Notes: generated from the letters alone by a model not told the origin. Positions 6,470 to 16,505 are shown, numbered from the stretch's first letter. The stretch is DNA of 21,807 bases from Caedibacter taeniospiralis (GCF_002803295.2 NZ_PGGB02000006.1:43418-65224), one strand, 5' to 3'. Numbers and translations are program-made.

Positions 6470-8374
6470 TTATTCAACGGTTAGCACTTTCTTTTTTAGA
6501 AAACCTAACTTCTTCATGTAAATAGTCAACAGCGAAATCGCCGCAGGCGTCACCCCCTCTATACGCGATGCCTCTCCTAAGCTCGAAGGCTTTTGCGTGC
6601 CAAGTTTTTGGCGCACTTCGTTGGATAAACCTGAGACCTTTGTGTAGTCAAAATCTTTAGGGATCTGCGCATTTTCCAATGCCTGATGTGCAATGATTTC
6701 CTCATTCTGTCTGTCGATATAGCCAGCGTATTTTGCTGATATTTCGATTTGCTCAATCGCTTGCGTGTGATCAATAAACTCGCCAAGTTCAGCAATATCA
6801 GCAAGACTTTGGTAATCAACTTCAGGACGCTTAAGCAAATCAAAAAGGCTGCTTTCTTTGCTCATAGCTTTGCCAAGAAGTGCTTCCAGTTTTTCAGCTC
6901 TTATTGTCTTTGGTGTAACCCAGGTTGATTGTAACCGCATGGTTTCAGCGAGAATAGTGTTTGCTTTTGCTAAATAAATATTTTTGTCTTCATCACTTAA
7001 AAGACCAAGCTCAATGGCTTTGGGGCAAAGGCGGGTGTCGGCGTTATCTTCCCTTAGAATTAAACGATATTCAGCACGTGAGGTGAACATGCGATAGGGT
7101 TCTTGAGCTCCCTTGGTGATAAGATCATCGATCAACACCCCAATATAAGCTTCATTGCGCTTTGGCGACCAGCTCGGTTTATTCTGCACTTTAAGTGCGG
7201 CATTTAGACCTGCGATAAGTCCTTGAGCCCCTGCTTCCTCATATCCTGTAGTTCCATTGATTTGACCTGCGAAAAATAGATTTTCCACATGTTTTGTTTC
7301 CAGGCTTGGCAATAAGCCTCGCGGATCAAAAAAATCATATTCAATTGCGTAACCAGGACGCGTAATATGGGCATTTTCAAATCCCTCAATGCTACGAATA
7401 AATTGCAATTGGACATCAAAGGGGAGGGAGGTTGACATGCCATTGGGATATAACTCAATGCTGTCTAAGCCTTCGGGTTCAACAAATATCTGATGACGTT
7501 CTTTATCCGCAAAACGTACGACTTTATCTTCAATGGAGGGACAATAGCGTGGACCAATGCCTTCAATCATTCCGCCATACATCGCTGAGCGATCCAGGTT
7601 CTTAAGAATGATTTCATGCGTTTTTAAGTTGGTATAGGTAATGTGGCATGGAACCTGCTTAGGATGTTTCTGTCCCTGACTAAAAAAGGAAAAATAGGTG
7701 ATGTCTTCATCCCCAGGCTGCGTGCCCATTAATGAGAAGTTGACTGTGCGCTTATCAATGCGCGGTGGCGTACCTGTCTTTAGGCGGGCAACATCAAAGG
7801 GCAGTGTTCTGAGTTTTTGGGCCAAGGCATTTGCTGGTTGATCTCCCGCGCGTCCCCCTTGGTAATTATTAAAGCCAATATGAATTTTCCCCGCTAAAAA
7901 TGTACCAACGGTTAAAATGACGGTTTTTGCTTTAAAGGCAAGCCCCATTTGGGTGACCACACCTGTGACCTGATCGTTTTCAATCATGAGATCATCAACC
8001 GCTTGCTGGAAGATTGATAGATTAGGTTGGTTTTCCAAAGCGTGACGCACGGCAATTTTATAAAGTGTGCGATCAGCCTGAGCGCGTGTAGCGCGCACTG
8101 CAGGCCCTTTTCTGGCATTAAGCGTGCGAAATTGGATGCCTGCCTTATCAATTGCTTTTGCCATGATGCCACCTAGTGCATCAATTTCTTTGACTAAGTG
8201 ACCTTTACCGATTCCGCCAATGGCTGGGTTGCATGACATCTGCCCGAATGTGTCCATGTTGTGAGTAAGCAGTAAAGTGCTGGCACCCATGCGAGCAGCG
8301 GCGGCAGCGGCTTCGGTGCCAGCATGTCCGCCACCAACAACGATGACATCGAAAGGTTGTGGATAAAAAATCAT
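6470..8374 (-). CDS. mnmG: tRNA uridine-5-carboxymethylaminomethyl (U34) modification enzyme MnmG (GidA).
   Basis: FAD motif [15 protein letters not shown] and family-wide conservation along the full length ([46 protein letters not shown]-like). I prefer the ATG at 8374 ([16 protein letters not shown]), giving 634 aa, over the GTG at 8437 in the ORF track. Confidence 0.97.
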   Translation of the reverse strand: MIFYPQPFDVIVVGGGHAGTEAAAAAARMGASTLLLTHNMDTFGQMSCNPAIGGIGKGHLVKEIDALGGIMAKAIDKAGIQFRTLNARKGPAVRATRAQADRTLYKIAVRHALENQPNLSIFQQAVDDLMIENDQVTGVVTQMGLAFKAKTVILTVGTFLAGKIHIGFNNYQGGRAGDQPANALAQKLRTLPFDVARLKTGTPPRIDKRTVNFSLMGTQPGDEDITYFSFFSQGQKHPKQVPCHITYTNLKTHEIILKNLDRSAMYGGMIEGIGPRYCPSIEDKVVRFADKERHQIFVEPEGLDSIELYPNGMSTSLPFDVQLQFIRSIEGFENAHITRPGYAIEYDFFDPRGLLPSLETKHVENLFFAGQINGTTGYEEAGAQGLIAGLNAALKVQNKPSWSPKRNEAYIGVLIDDLITKGAQEPYRMFTSRAEYRLILREDNADTRLCPKAIELGLLSDEDKNIYLAKANTILAETMRLQSTWVTPKTIRAEKLEALLGKAMSKESSLFDLLKRPEVDYQSLADIAELGEFIDHTQAIEQIEISAKYAGYIDRQNEEIIAHQALENAQIPKDFDYTKVSGLSNEVRQKLGTQKPSSLGEASRIEGVTPAAISLLTIYMKKLGFLKKKVLTVE

Positions 8375-8574
8375 AAGTAAATCAGATCGCAAAATAGACT
8401 GATGCGCATCATATAGAAAAATGGTTTGAATGTCCACGGTCTTTAAATTGCCTAAGCGGTCAGCATTTATCCCTCAAATAGCGGTGAAACTGCTTGAATA
8501 TAAGTGGGTTTATGAATTAGGATGTCCGGGCAGTATTAGGCTAGATAGAAGCGGTTTTAGATTAAGAAATTGAA

Positions 8575-9312
8575 ATGACAGAACACAAACATAAGCTCAT
8601 CGCAACTCATTTAGGTAAATCCTATCGCTCTCGCTGGGTTGTTGTCGATGTGTCGATGGAAGTCAATACAGGAGAGATTGTTGGGTTATTAGGTCCTAAT
8701 GGTGCGGGGAAAACCACCTCTTTTTACATGATTGTGGGTTTAGTTCGTCCCAATCGAGGTAATGTTTTTTTGGACGGAAAAGATGTTACAAAATTACCAA
8801 TTCACTGGCGTGCGCGTCAAGGAATTGGTTATTTGCCACAAGAGGCTTCCGTTTTTAGAAAATTAAGTGTCGAGAAGAACATTCTGGCGATTTTAGAAAC
8901 GCGCAAAGAGTTGTCCAAAGAACATCGCCAGGATGAGCTCGAGTCCCTATTGGATGAATTTAGTATTCAACATATTCGTAATAGTCTTGGGATGAGTCTA
9001 TCGGGGGGGGAGCGCAGGCGTGTGGAAATCGCAAGAGCTTTGGCAATGTCACCACGATTTATTTTGTTGGATGAGCCTTTTGCAGGGGTAGATCCTATTT
9101 CAGTGATCGATATCAAAAAAATTATTATGCACCTAAAAAATAGAGGCATTGGTGTTTTGATTACGGATCATAATGTGCGTGAAACACTCGATATTTGTGA
9201 ACGCGCCTATATTGTTAATGCAGGCAAAATGATTGCTTCGGGAAAACCAAGTGACATTTTAAGAAACGAGCAAGTCAGAAAGGTTTATTTGGGCGAGCAG
9301 TTTAGAATGTAA
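8575..9312 (+). CDS. lptB: LPS export ABC transporter ATP-binding protein LptB.
   Basis: Near-collinear match by eye to E. coli LptB: [97 protein letters not shown]. Confidence 0.95.
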   Translation: MTEHKHKLIATHLGKSYRSRWVVVDVSMEVNTGEIVGLLGPNGAGKTTSFYMIVGLVRPNRGNVFLDGKDVTKLPIHWRARQGIGYLPQEASVFRKLSVEKNILAILETRKELSKEHRQDELESLLDEFSIQHIRNSLGMSLSGGERRRVEIARALAMSPRFILLDEPFAGVDPISVIDIKKIIMHLKNRGIGVLITDHNVRETLDICERAYIVNAGKMIASGKPSDILRNEQVRKVYLGEQFRM

Positions 9313-10254
9313 ATGGATATTGGGCTTATGCATTATTCTGTACTATTAGATGAATCAATCAAATCGCTTGCAATCAGGGGTGGTGGTATTTATATTGATG
9401 GCACTTTTGGTCGAGGTGGGCATTCACGTCGAATTTTAACAGGCTTAACAGCTGGGCATCTGATTGCTTTTGATCGAGATCTTGCTGCCATTGATTATGC
9501 AAAAGTACATTTCGCTCAAGCGCTTCAAAGCAACCAACTAAGCTTAGTGCATGCACCATTTTCGACCATGGCGCAACACGTAGAGTCACTTGGTTTGACT
9601 GGGAAAGTTGATGGAATTTTACTCGATCTTGGCGTGTCGTCGCCACAATTAGATGAAGCTTCTCGTGGATTTAGTTTTATGAAGGATGGTCCTTTGGATA
9701 TGCGCATGGATCAAACCAAAGGTTTGTCAGCCTACGATGTCATCAGTAGTTATAGCGATGAAGATTTGGCAAAAATCTTTCGCGATTATGCTGAGGAAAA
9801 GCATGCCTGGAGGATCGCCCAAACGATTAAAAGGGCACTTTCTGAGGGGCAGGTATTGGATAGTACCTTAAAACTTGCTCAGCTGATTGAGAAAACCATC
9901 GGCAAAAAGGAAAAAAAACATCCCGCAACACGCTGTTTCCAAGCGCTTAGGATTTGCGTGAATGAGGAGTTAGAGGAACTGTCAAAAGCGCTTATGAACG
10001 CATTTCAAATTTTATGCGTATCAGGACGTTTAGCAGTAATTAGCTTTCACTCACTTGAAGACAGAATAGTGAAGCAGTTTATGACCGAATTGATTAAGGG
10101 GAAACAACAGCATGTACCTCGTGGTATGCCAATACTTGAGGTTTTTAAACCAAAGGCACGGTGGATTGTGAAGCAAGGTAAATCAGGGGCAAAGGAGCTC
10201 AATGAGAACACGCGCTCACGCAGTGCTATTTTAAGAGTCATTGAAAAGGTGTGA
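9313..10254 (+). CDS. rsmH: 16S rRNA (cytosine1402-N4)-methyltransferase RsmH (MraW).
   Basis: HYSVLLDESI...GIYIDGTFGRGGHSRRIL...DLGVSSPQLD...RGFSF...GPLDMRM...FHSLEDRIVK are canonical RsmH motifs. The start is either the ATG at 9313, directly after the lptB TAA, or the ATG at 9328. Confidence 0.95.
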   Translation: MDIGLMHYSVLLDESIKSLAIRGGGIYIDGTFGRGGHSRRILTGLTAGHLIAFDRDLAAIDYAKVHFAQALQSNQLSLVHAPFSTMAQHVESLGLTGKVDGILLDLGVSSPQLDEASRGFSFMKDGPLDMRMDQTKGLSAYDVISSYSDEDLAKIFRDYAEEKHAWRIAQTIKRALSEGQVLDSTLKLAQLIEKTIGKKEKKHPATRCFQALRICVNEELEELSKALMNAFQILCVSGRLAVISFHSLEDRIVKQFMTELIKGKQQHVPRGMPILEVFKPKARWIVKQGKSGAKELNENTRSRSAILRVIEKV

Positions 10255-10255
10255 T

Positions 10256-10582
10256 ATGACGCGAGCTGAAGTGCGAGTCAAGCTATTTGAATCCTTTGTC
10301 AAAAGCACCATGAATCTCAAGGTGTTGTCAGCTTTTATGCTGTGCGTGTTGTTGCTTATTTCTGCTTTTATGGTGGTTGCGGTGAAGTATCAGCATAAAG
10401 TGGCGCTGGATAAAGAGCAAAAGCTTTTATACAGCCAGGAAGACTTACGCGATCAATGGACACAAATTTTGATTGAGCACAGTACTTTAGCGTCACCATC
10501 GCATGTAGATGAGGTGGCAAAGGAAAATCATATGCACTTGCCAACGATCAAAGAGATTAGAGTGATTCAAAGCAATGGCTAA
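10256..10582 (+). CDS. ftsL: Cell division protein FtsL.
   Basis: A small bitopic protein (one TM segment, VLSAFMLCVLLLISAFMVVAV, followed by a coiled-coil-like region) sitting between rsmH and ftsI. It has the characteristic ...EHSTLASPSHVDEVA... C-terminal region. The ATG at 10256 is preferred over the TTG at 10241. Confidence 0.8.
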   Translation: MTRAEVRVKLFESFVKSTMNLKVLSAFMLCVLLLISAFMVVAVKYQHKVALDKEQKLLYSQEDLRDQWTQILIEHSTLASPSHVDEVAKENHMHLPTIKEIRVIQSNG

Positions 10583-12263
10583 GATAAAATCAAGTTGGCG
10601 TTACTACTTCATTGTTATGTTGATTATAACCGTCATTGGACTTTTGCTTTATAGGCTTAGTCATATGCAAACTGTTGAATATAACAAGCTTAAAAAGGAA
10701 GGTGATAACCGCTCCGAACGCACGCTAACAACCACAGCTTATCGTGGCATGATCAGTGATCGAAATTGTAAGCCTTTAGCAATTAGCACTCCTGTGGATT
10801 CGATTTGGGTAGATCCATTTTTTATCAAAAGTGATGATCTAAAATTGCTTAAAATTCTCAGTATGCTTGAACTATCTGACGCGCAGAAAGAGAACATTAT
10901 TTTGCGCATCAAGGCACGTGAAGGACGCAGTGGGTTTGTGTACTTAAAGCGTCAGGTTTCCCCGTTTGTTGCTCAGGAAGTTGAAGCCATGATGCTTAAA
11001 GGAGTAAAGGTTGAACGTGAATTTAAACGCTTCTATCCAGATGCCGAGGTGATGGCGCACGTGGTGGGTTTTACCAATATCGATGATAAAGGACAAGAAG
11101 GCATCGAGCTGCAATATGATAATTATTTGACAGGTGAAGATGGTAGGCGCTCAATCCAGAGAGATTTAAAGGGGGGGGTTGCGCGTAAAAATGCCGATGA
11201 TCTTGAAGCTAGGCATGGGCAGGACATCAGTCTTAGCATAGATCGTAAGCTTCAATATATCGCCTATAAATATATTAAAGAAGGAGTTATTAATAACCAT
11301 GCTGAAGCAGGCTATGCCGTGATCATTGATGTTAAAACAGGGGAAATTTTGGCGATGGTGAATTATCCTTCGTATAATCCCAACAATATGAGTGATGCCA
11401 TTCCTCAAAAACGCAGAAACAGGGTACTGACAGACGTATATGAGCCTGGGTCGGTGATGAAACCATTTGCTGCCATTGCTGGCATGGAGTCAGGAAAATA
11501 TGATGTTGATACCCTTGTAGACACCTCGCCAGGGTTTTATAAACTCAATGGGCGAACGGTAAGGGACTTTCGTAATTATGGTGAAATGGATCTGCGCCAT
11601 ATTCTCATGAAGTCATCCAATGTGGGTATTTCAAGGATTGTTTTGTCGATTGACGCCAATGCGTTAGCGGATACCCTAAGAAAGTTTGGCTTTGGGCAGA
11701 TCACGAAAATCAACTTTCCAGGAGAGCGATCAGGTTATGTGCCAAGTCCGCGTAAATGGGGGGATTTTCCCTTAGCCACCCTATCCTTTGGTTATGGTAT
11801 GAATGCAACTGCCTTGCAAATTGCTACCGCTTATAGCGCCATTGCAAACAGAGGAAAATTGATTCCACCGACTTTGCTGAAGCGTAATGAAAATGAAACA
11901 ATTCAGGGTTATCAGGTCATTAATAGCGAGATTGCTGAGAAAACAATCGACATGCTAACTTCGGTGGTTGAAGGTTTGGGGGGGACAGCATCAAAGGCTC
12001 AGGTGCCTCAATACCATGTTGCGGGTAAAACTGGAACGGTGCGTAAGGCGATCGCAGGAGGGTATGCTTCTGATAGTTACATAGCAACCTTTGTAGGAAT
12101 TGCGCCTTCGTCAAACCCTGAGATTGTGACGGTCGTGGTGATCGATGATCCCAAAGGGGAGGCCTATGGTGGTGGTTCGGCAGCAGCCCCTATTTTTGCC
12201 CAAATTACTCAACATGTCTTACGGGTTATGGGAGTGCCTCCAGATAAGCTCAGGCGTCCATGA
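10575..12263 (+). CDS. ftsI: Peptidoglycan D,D-transpeptidase FtsI (PBP3).
   Basis: N-terminal TM anchor and PBP dimerisation domain. Transpeptidase motifs are SxxK (GSVMKP), SxN (KSSNVG) and KTG (AGKTGT). Its position after ftsL supports the call, and it overlaps the ftsL stop by 8 nt. Confidence 0.95.
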   Translation: MAKIKSSWRYYFIVMLIITVIGLLLYRLSHMQTVEYNKLKKEGDNRSERTLTTTAYRGMISDRNCKPLAISTPVDSIWVDPFFIKSDDLKLLKILSMLELSDAQKENIILRIKAREGRSGFVYLKRQVSPFVAQEVEAMMLKGVKVEREFKRFYPDAEVMAHVVGFTNIDDKGQEGIELQYDNYLTGEDGRRSIQRDLKGGVARKNADDLEARHGQDISLSIDRKLQYIAYKYIKEGVINNHAEAGYAVIIDVKTGEILAMVNYPSYNPNNMSDAIPQKRRNRVLTDVYEPGSVMKPFAAIAGMESGKYDVDTLVDTSPGFYKLNGRTVRDFRNYGEMDLRHILMKSSNVGISRIVLSIDANALADTLRKFGFGQITKINFPGERSGYVPSPRKWGDFPLATLSFGYGMNATALQIATAYSAIANRGKLIPPTLLKRNENETIQGYQVINSEIAEKTIDMLTSVVEGLGGTASKAQVPQYHVAGKTGTVRKAIAGGYASDSYIATFVGIAPSSNPEIVTVVVIDDPKGEAYGGGSAAAPIFAQITQHVLRVMGVPPDKLRRP

Positions 12264-12410
12264 ACTTCTTCCCCAGAAACCCCGTAAAATGATTTACGAT
12301 GGGTATAAATCTGCTAATTTACATTTGGTTTTTAGCCTTTTGCTTGTTATATTCCGCGAGGAAATTGGCTTTTTGTTGATTTTAAACAGAAGTATATACC
12401 ATTCTGTAAA

Positions 12411-12434
12411 CCTGACTACACTGGAGTAGTCAGG
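12411..12434 (+). other. Perfect 9-bp stem / 6-nt loop hairpin (CCTGACTAC actgga GTAGTCAGG) in the ftsI-ald spacer.
   Basis: Read directly. No T-tract follows, so it is not a canonical intrinsic terminator. It lies about 55 nt upstream of the ald start. Confidence 0.3.
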
Positions 12435-12489
12435 TAAAATGGTTTATGAGTGGTATCAGTTTAAAGATTAATTGTGGAGAGAGTAATAA

Positions 12490-13629
12490 ATGATTGTTGG
12501 GATTCCTAAAGAGATTAAAAACCATGAGTATCGCGTTGGATTAACTCCTGGAAATGTCGCCGAATTTATTCAGCATGGACACACGGTATTGGTCGAGAAT
12601 AATGCAGGAGATGCGATTGGATTTACCAATGAGGATTACATCACAGCAGGGGCTAAGATTGTGTCAGCAGCTGAAGAAATGTTTGCCAAGGCGGATATGA
12701 TCATCAAGGTTAAAGAACCTCAGCCGAATGAATGTAAAATGCTGCGTAAAGGGCAGCTGTTGTTTACCTACCTGCATCTGGCACCAGATCCACAGCAGAC
12801 CAGACTTCTCCTTGAATCTGGCTGCACTGCCATTGCCTATGAAATGGTAACCGACAAAAAGGGTCGCTTGCCATTATTAACCCCGATGAGCGAGGTCGCA
12901 GGACGCCTGTCTGTTCAGGCAGGAGCGCATTGTTTGGAAAAAGCACAAGGTGGCAGTGGGGTATTGCTAGGTGGTGTTCCAGGTGTGAAGTCTGCCAAAG
13001 TTGTCGTGATTGGTGGCGGTGTGGTTGGATTAAATGCCATTCGTATGGCGATTGGCATGGAAGCACATGTAACGGTTTTGGATAAGTCTTTAGATCGTTT
13101 ACGTGAACTCGATGATTACTTTGGACCTAAACTCAATTGCATATATGCGACAAAAGATAATCTTGAGAAATATGTTCAGGAAGCAGATTTGGTGATCGGT
13201 GCGGTGCTGGTTCCAGGAGCAGCAGCTCCAAAGCTTGTGACTAAAGAGATGATTAAGGCGATGAAAAAGGGCTCGGTTGTCGTTGATGTTGCCATCGATC
13301 AAGGTGGCTGTTTTGAAACCTCAAAACCAACGACGCATCAAAATCCGACCTATGTAGTGGATGGGGTGGTGCATTACTGTGTTGCCAATATGCCAGGAGC
13401 AGTGGCAAGAACATCAACAGTAGCACTTAATAATGCGACCTTACCTTTTGCTTTGGAGTTAGCCGATAAGGGGTATCACCAGGCAATTCATGATAATGTT
13501 CACTTGGAGCATGGTTTGAGTGTACATCGCGGGATGCTGACTTCATTGCCTGTTGCTGACGCCCTTAATATGACCTATGTTGCCCCAAAGGAAGCTTTAG
13601 CTATGCGTGATCAGGCAATCTCGGCATAA
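12490..13629 (+). CDS. ald: Alanine dehydrogenase.
   Basis: [23 protein letters not shown]..., NAD-binding [13 protein letters not shown], and ...[14 protein letters not shown]...[11 protein letters not shown] are typical of the Ald family. It is a 379-aa soluble protein, so it is not PntA. Confidence 0.95.
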   Translation: MIVGIPKEIKNHEYRVGLTPGNVAEFIQHGHTVLVENNAGDAIGFTNEDYITAGAKIVSAAEEMFAKADMIIKVKEPQPNECKMLRKGQLLFTYLHLAPDPQQTRLLLESGCTAIAYEMVTDKKGRLPLLTPMSEVAGRLSVQAGAHCLEKAQGGSGVLLGGVPGVKSAKVVVIGGGVVGLNAIRMAIGMEAHVTVLDKSLDRLRELDDYFGPKLNCIYATKDNLEKYVQEADLVIGAVLVPGAAAPKLVTKEMIKAMKKGSVVVDVAIDQGGCFETSKPTTHQNPTYVVDGVVHYCVANMPGAVARTSTVALNNATLPFALELADKGYHQAIHDNVHLEHGLSVHRGMLTSLPVADALNMTYVAPKEALAMRDQAISA

Positions 13630-14040
13630 ACCTTTGATTTCAATGGCGTGATCGGTGATTGTGAAACCATCTTCTTTAGTCAATACCTGTAATCGCTCTT
13701 CAAGTGACACATCGTGGCGTTCCTTTTTATTGCCACAAGTGTTGCAAATAAACAGCTGGCATATCTTTTTTTCGGGGTGGCAGCACAAACTGTAAGTGTT
13801 ATTAGAATAGATCTTGTGAATCAGTTCATTTTTCTGCAAAAAATCCAACACGCGGTAAAGAGACATAATATTGTAGTGCTTATTGCTTTCTTCTGCTTTG
13901 TTAAGCTTATCCTGTAAATCGTAGGCGCTAACAGGTTGTACTTGTTGTGCCAGCATGTCAATGACGCGCCAACGCAAGCTGGTTAGTTTGATATTTTGTG
14001 CTAAACAAAATGCTTCGATATGTGCTAGATGTGCCTTCAT
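13597..14040 (-). CDS. zur: Fur-family metalloregulator, probably Zur.
   Basis: Winged-helix region (SAYDLQDKL...SLYRVLDFLQKNELIHK), CxxC pairs (CNTC, CRDC), and its position as the last gene of the znu-like operon. Its 3' end overlaps the ald 3' end by 33 nt. Confidence 0.8.
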   Translation of the reverse strand: MKAHLAHIEAFCLAQNIKLTSLRWRVIDMLAQQVQPVSAYDLQDKLNKAEESNKHYNIMSLYRVLDFLQKNELIHKIYSNNTYSLCCHPEKKICQLFICNTCGNKKERHDVSLEERLQVLTKEDGFTITDHAIEIKGLCRDCLITHS

Positions 14041-14046
14041 AATCAG

Positions 14047-14841
14047 TTAGTTCATAAGCAAATTCTTAATGAGTCCGATTAAATATATCCCACAGATGAG
14101 CATGGTAATACAAAAACTTGCGGGCAAGTTTGCATAAAAGGCTAAACACAAAGCACCCCAGACACTGAAAAGCGAGATTAAAATACTCAGTAACATGCTC
14201 TGATAGAAGCCATCACACCACTGAAATGCGCATGCCGCAGGACCAATAAGTAACGCGAAAACCAATAACACACCCACGATCTGACAAGCCATCGTGACTG
14301 TCAATGCCAGTGTAATAAAAAAAAGCATGGACAGCAGTTTGTTTGGGATATTTTGAGCACGTGCAATAACAGGGTCGATGGAGGTGAAAAACAGCGCTCT
14401 GGCGATTAAGGCTAATATGCTGATGATAATTACTGCCAATAGGATAAGCGTCATAATCTGTGTGTATGATACGGTTAAGATATTGCCAAATAAGATTGAC
14501 ATAATTGAACCAGAGTAACCTGTTTGGTACAGGTACAAGAAATAAGCCCCAAGTCCTAAAAAGAAGGTCAGGACAATACCTACGGCTAAATCATTTTTTT
14601 TGATTTTATCTCCCATGGCACCCATAATGCTTGCTGCAATAATGTTGGCAATGAGCTGACCACTCATGGCGGATAAACCAAGAAGCACGGCACCTGACGC
14701 CCCTGTTAGACTGATGTGACTTAAGCCGTGGGCCGCGAAGGCTGCCTTGCGAAGCACCACAAAGAAGCTTACGATGCCAGAGATAATAGCGATTAAACTG
14801 CCGGCGATAAAAGCGTTTTGCATAAAGTTATAAGATAACAC
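14047..14841 (-). CDS. znuB: Metal (Zn/Mn) ABC transporter permease, ABC-3 family (ZnuB-like).
   Basis: Polytopic membrane protein of 264 aa with the typical ABC-3 architecture. It overlaps the upstream ATPase gene by 14 nt. Confidence 0.88.
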   Translation of the reverse strand: MLSYNFMQNAFIAGSLIAIISGIVSFFVVLRKAAFAAHGLSHISLTGASGAVLLGLSAMSGQLIANIIAASIMGAMGDKIKKNDLAVGIVLTFFLGLGAYFLYLYQTGYSGSIMSILFGNILTVSYTQIMTLILLAVIIISILALIARALFFTSIDPVIARAQNIPNKLLSMLFFITLALTVTMACQIVGVLLVFALLIGPAACAFQWCDGFYQSMLLSILISLFSVWGALCLAFYANLPASFCITMLICGIYLIGLIKNLLMN

Positions 14842-15538
14842 TGCGATCCTCCTTCAGGCACGGCATTTTCTGGCATAAATGGATATGTTGATTTTTGAAA
14901 TGGATAAAATTATCCAGCTCATGCGCTATCTCGTGCATGTCGTGAGAGATGATTAATAGTGTTACATTGTGCTGAATATGGATTTTCTTAAGCGCATGGA
15001 TAAAGTCCTGCTTTGCTTGGGGATCAAGATCAGATAAGGGTTCATCAAGCAGCAGAAGCCTGGGTTTATTGATTAGTGCCTGGGCGAGATACACGCGTTT
15101 TTTCTGTCCTCCTGAGAGGGTTTCAAAGGGTTTATGTGCATAAGCTTCGGCACCAACCAGGTTAAAGATCTCTTTGATACAGATGTCAATGTGTCGCCCA
15201 AATGCTGGAAGTCCGAGTCTGTTAGCATTAAAGCTGGCCTTCACAAGCGTTATGGCTGAAATATTTGGATTTAAGTTGAGTTCACGCTCCTGCGGAATAT
15301 AGCTGATCCACTGATTTTTTTTGCCAGGGGGGTGTCCAAAGACACTCAACTTTCCAGAAACTGGGGGAATGAACCCAAGAATATTTTTTAGGAGTGTCGA
15401 CTTCCCTATGCCGTTTTCTCCAACAACGCCAAGCCATTGATGCTCTTTTATGTTTAACTCAAAAGGTTTACAAAGAGCTTTATGTTCTGAGTGACCGATC
15501 ACTAAGGATTGGCACTGTATGATCCATTGGTTTGTCAT
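14828..15538 (-). CDS. znuC: Metal ABC transporter ATP-binding protein (ZnuC-like).
   Basis: Walker A GENGIGKSTLLK, signature LSGGQKKRVYLAQAL, Walker B LLLLDEP, H-loop ISHD. Confidence 0.9.
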   Translation of the reverse strand: MTNQWIIQCQSLVIGHSEHKALCKPFELNIKEHQWLGVVGENGIGKSTLLKNILGFIPPVSGKLSVFGHPPGKKNQWISYIPQERELNLNPNISAITLVKASFNANRLGLPAFGRHIDICIKEIFNLVGAEAYAHKPFETLSGGQKKRVYLAQALINKPRLLLLDEPLSDLDPQAKQDFIHALKKIHIQHNVTLLIISHDMHEIAHELDNFIHFKNQHIHLCQKMPCLKEDRSVIL

Positions 15539-15575
15539 GTTAATACAGACCCGCTAATTATTTATGATGGTTTCA

Positions 15576-16505
15576 TCAGTACTTTTTTTTGGCGTTTTGG
15601 TCTTGTAATGGCGTTGCTGTCTTGGGTTTTGGGGCGCTTGCCACCTCCAAAGCCTTTTGGGTATCATCAAGGTTAGACTTAAGCCAGGTGATGACATTAT
15701 CTTTTTGTGGCATGGTTTCTGAAACCCCAACAGTTGGAATCTGGTTGTTTTTGGCAAGATTGATGATGCTTTCGGTCACGTTATTGTGCACCTGTTGATT
15801 GTAAAATAGTACATTGACTTTATGTTGTTTGAACAAATTTTGATAATCTACCAGCATTTTGGGGCTTGCCTCGGCACCGTTCATCACCGTCCATTGGAAC
15901 TTTTGCCCTAGCATCTTTAAGCTTAAAGCATCTGCCATATAACCAAAAACAGGTTCGGTTGCCGTAACTGGAGTTCCCGCAAAACGTGCCTTAATATCGT
16001 TGATTTTGCTATAAATACTCTGGTAGCGCTCACTAAAGGTCTGGTTGTTTAATTCAAAAGTTTTTTTGTGTTGAGGCTCAATTTGACTAAAAACCGCGGT
16101 CAGTTTTTTGGCTAAAGCAGGAAAAGTGTTTGGGTTATACCACAAGTGAGGGTTGTCTCCACTTTTGGCATCCATAAGCCTGGCAACCTCAATGATGGCA
16201 ACTTTGTTATTATTGGCTTGTGCGTTGAGAAGTTGCATCACCCAAGGGTCATAATCAGCACCATTGTAGATAATTACTTGAGCATCATTGATGGCAATTG
16301 CAGTGCCTGCTGAAGTGGTAAAAAGATGAGGATCTGCATCGGGATTATTGATAATACTGTTAGTGGTCACGTAGTCCCCACCAATTAAACTAGCGACATT
16401 GGCGTAGAAGTTTTCTGCAGCGACCACTTTGATTCCCGCATGAACATTTGTCAGTGAAAGCATTAAAGTACTGGCTAAAGTAAGGCGTGCGAATTTATTA
16501 AACAT
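15576..16505 (-). CDS. znuA: Metal ABC transporter periplasmic substrate-binding protein (cluster A-I, ZnuA/TroA family).
   Basis: Signal peptide (LSLTNVHA-G) and family motifs DADPHLF, DNPHLWYNP and TEPVFGYMA. There is no His-rich loop. The Zn versus Mn specificity cannot be settled from sequence alone. Confidence 0.85.
   Translation of the reverse strand: MFNKFARLTLASTLMLSLTNVHAGIKVVAAENFYANVASLIGGDYVTTNSIINNPDADPHLFTTSAGTAIAINDAQVIIYNGADYDPWVMQLLNAQANNNKVAIIEVARLMDAKSGDNPHLWYNPNTFPALAKKLTAVFSQIEPQHKKTFELNNQTFSERYQSIYSKINDIKARFAGTPVTATEPVFGYMADALSLKMLGQKFQWTVMNGAEASPKMLVDYQNLFKQHKVNVLFYNQQVHNNVTESIINLAKNNQIPTVGVSETMPQKDNVITWLKSNLDDTQKALEVASAPKPKTATPLQDQNAKKKY

Noticed and set aside
8430-8573. 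A 47-codon ORF ([13 protein letters not shown]...) ending 1 nt before the lptB ATG. It could be an upstream coupled ORF.
   Set aside because: It has no SD and no recognisable family, and it lies in the divergent promoter region. The length is compatible with chance. It would need Ribo-seq evidence.
8375-8574. Possible oriC or DnaA boxes in the mnmG-lptB divergent spacer, considered because mnmG (gidA) flanks oriC in enterobacteria.
   Set aside because: There are only two weak DnaA-box-like strings (TTATCCCTC near 8464-8472 and TGTCCACG near 8431-8438) and a single GATC. I saw no AT-rich 13-mer repeats and no cluster of boxes. This is not enough for an origin call.
9003-9010. A G8 homopolymer inside lptB, with a second G8 at 11171-11178 inside ftsI. 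I considered these as slipped-strand phase-variation tracts.
   Set aside because: Both simply encode conserved Gly-Gly (LSGGE signature; KGGV) in essential genes. Phase variation of essential genes is implausible.
12283-12298. A CGTAAA-atga-TTTACG hairpin just after ftsI, considered as an intrinsic terminator.
   Set aside because: The 6-bp stem is AT-rich and has no T-run, so the predicted stability is low.
12764-13302. Minus-strand ORFs inside ald (12764-13066, 13099-13302). Similar antisense or out-of-frame ORFs lie inside other confidently identified genes, for example 567-770, 1200-1490, 2494-3102, 3605-3853, 4196-4423, 6022-6276, 6577-8172, 9374-10241, 11166-12114, 13714-13917, 15554-15798, 16886-17309, 17771-18609, 19303-20630 and 20901-21179.
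   Set aside because: All lie within strongly supported conserved genes in another frame or strand and show no motifs. They are treated as shadow ORFs.
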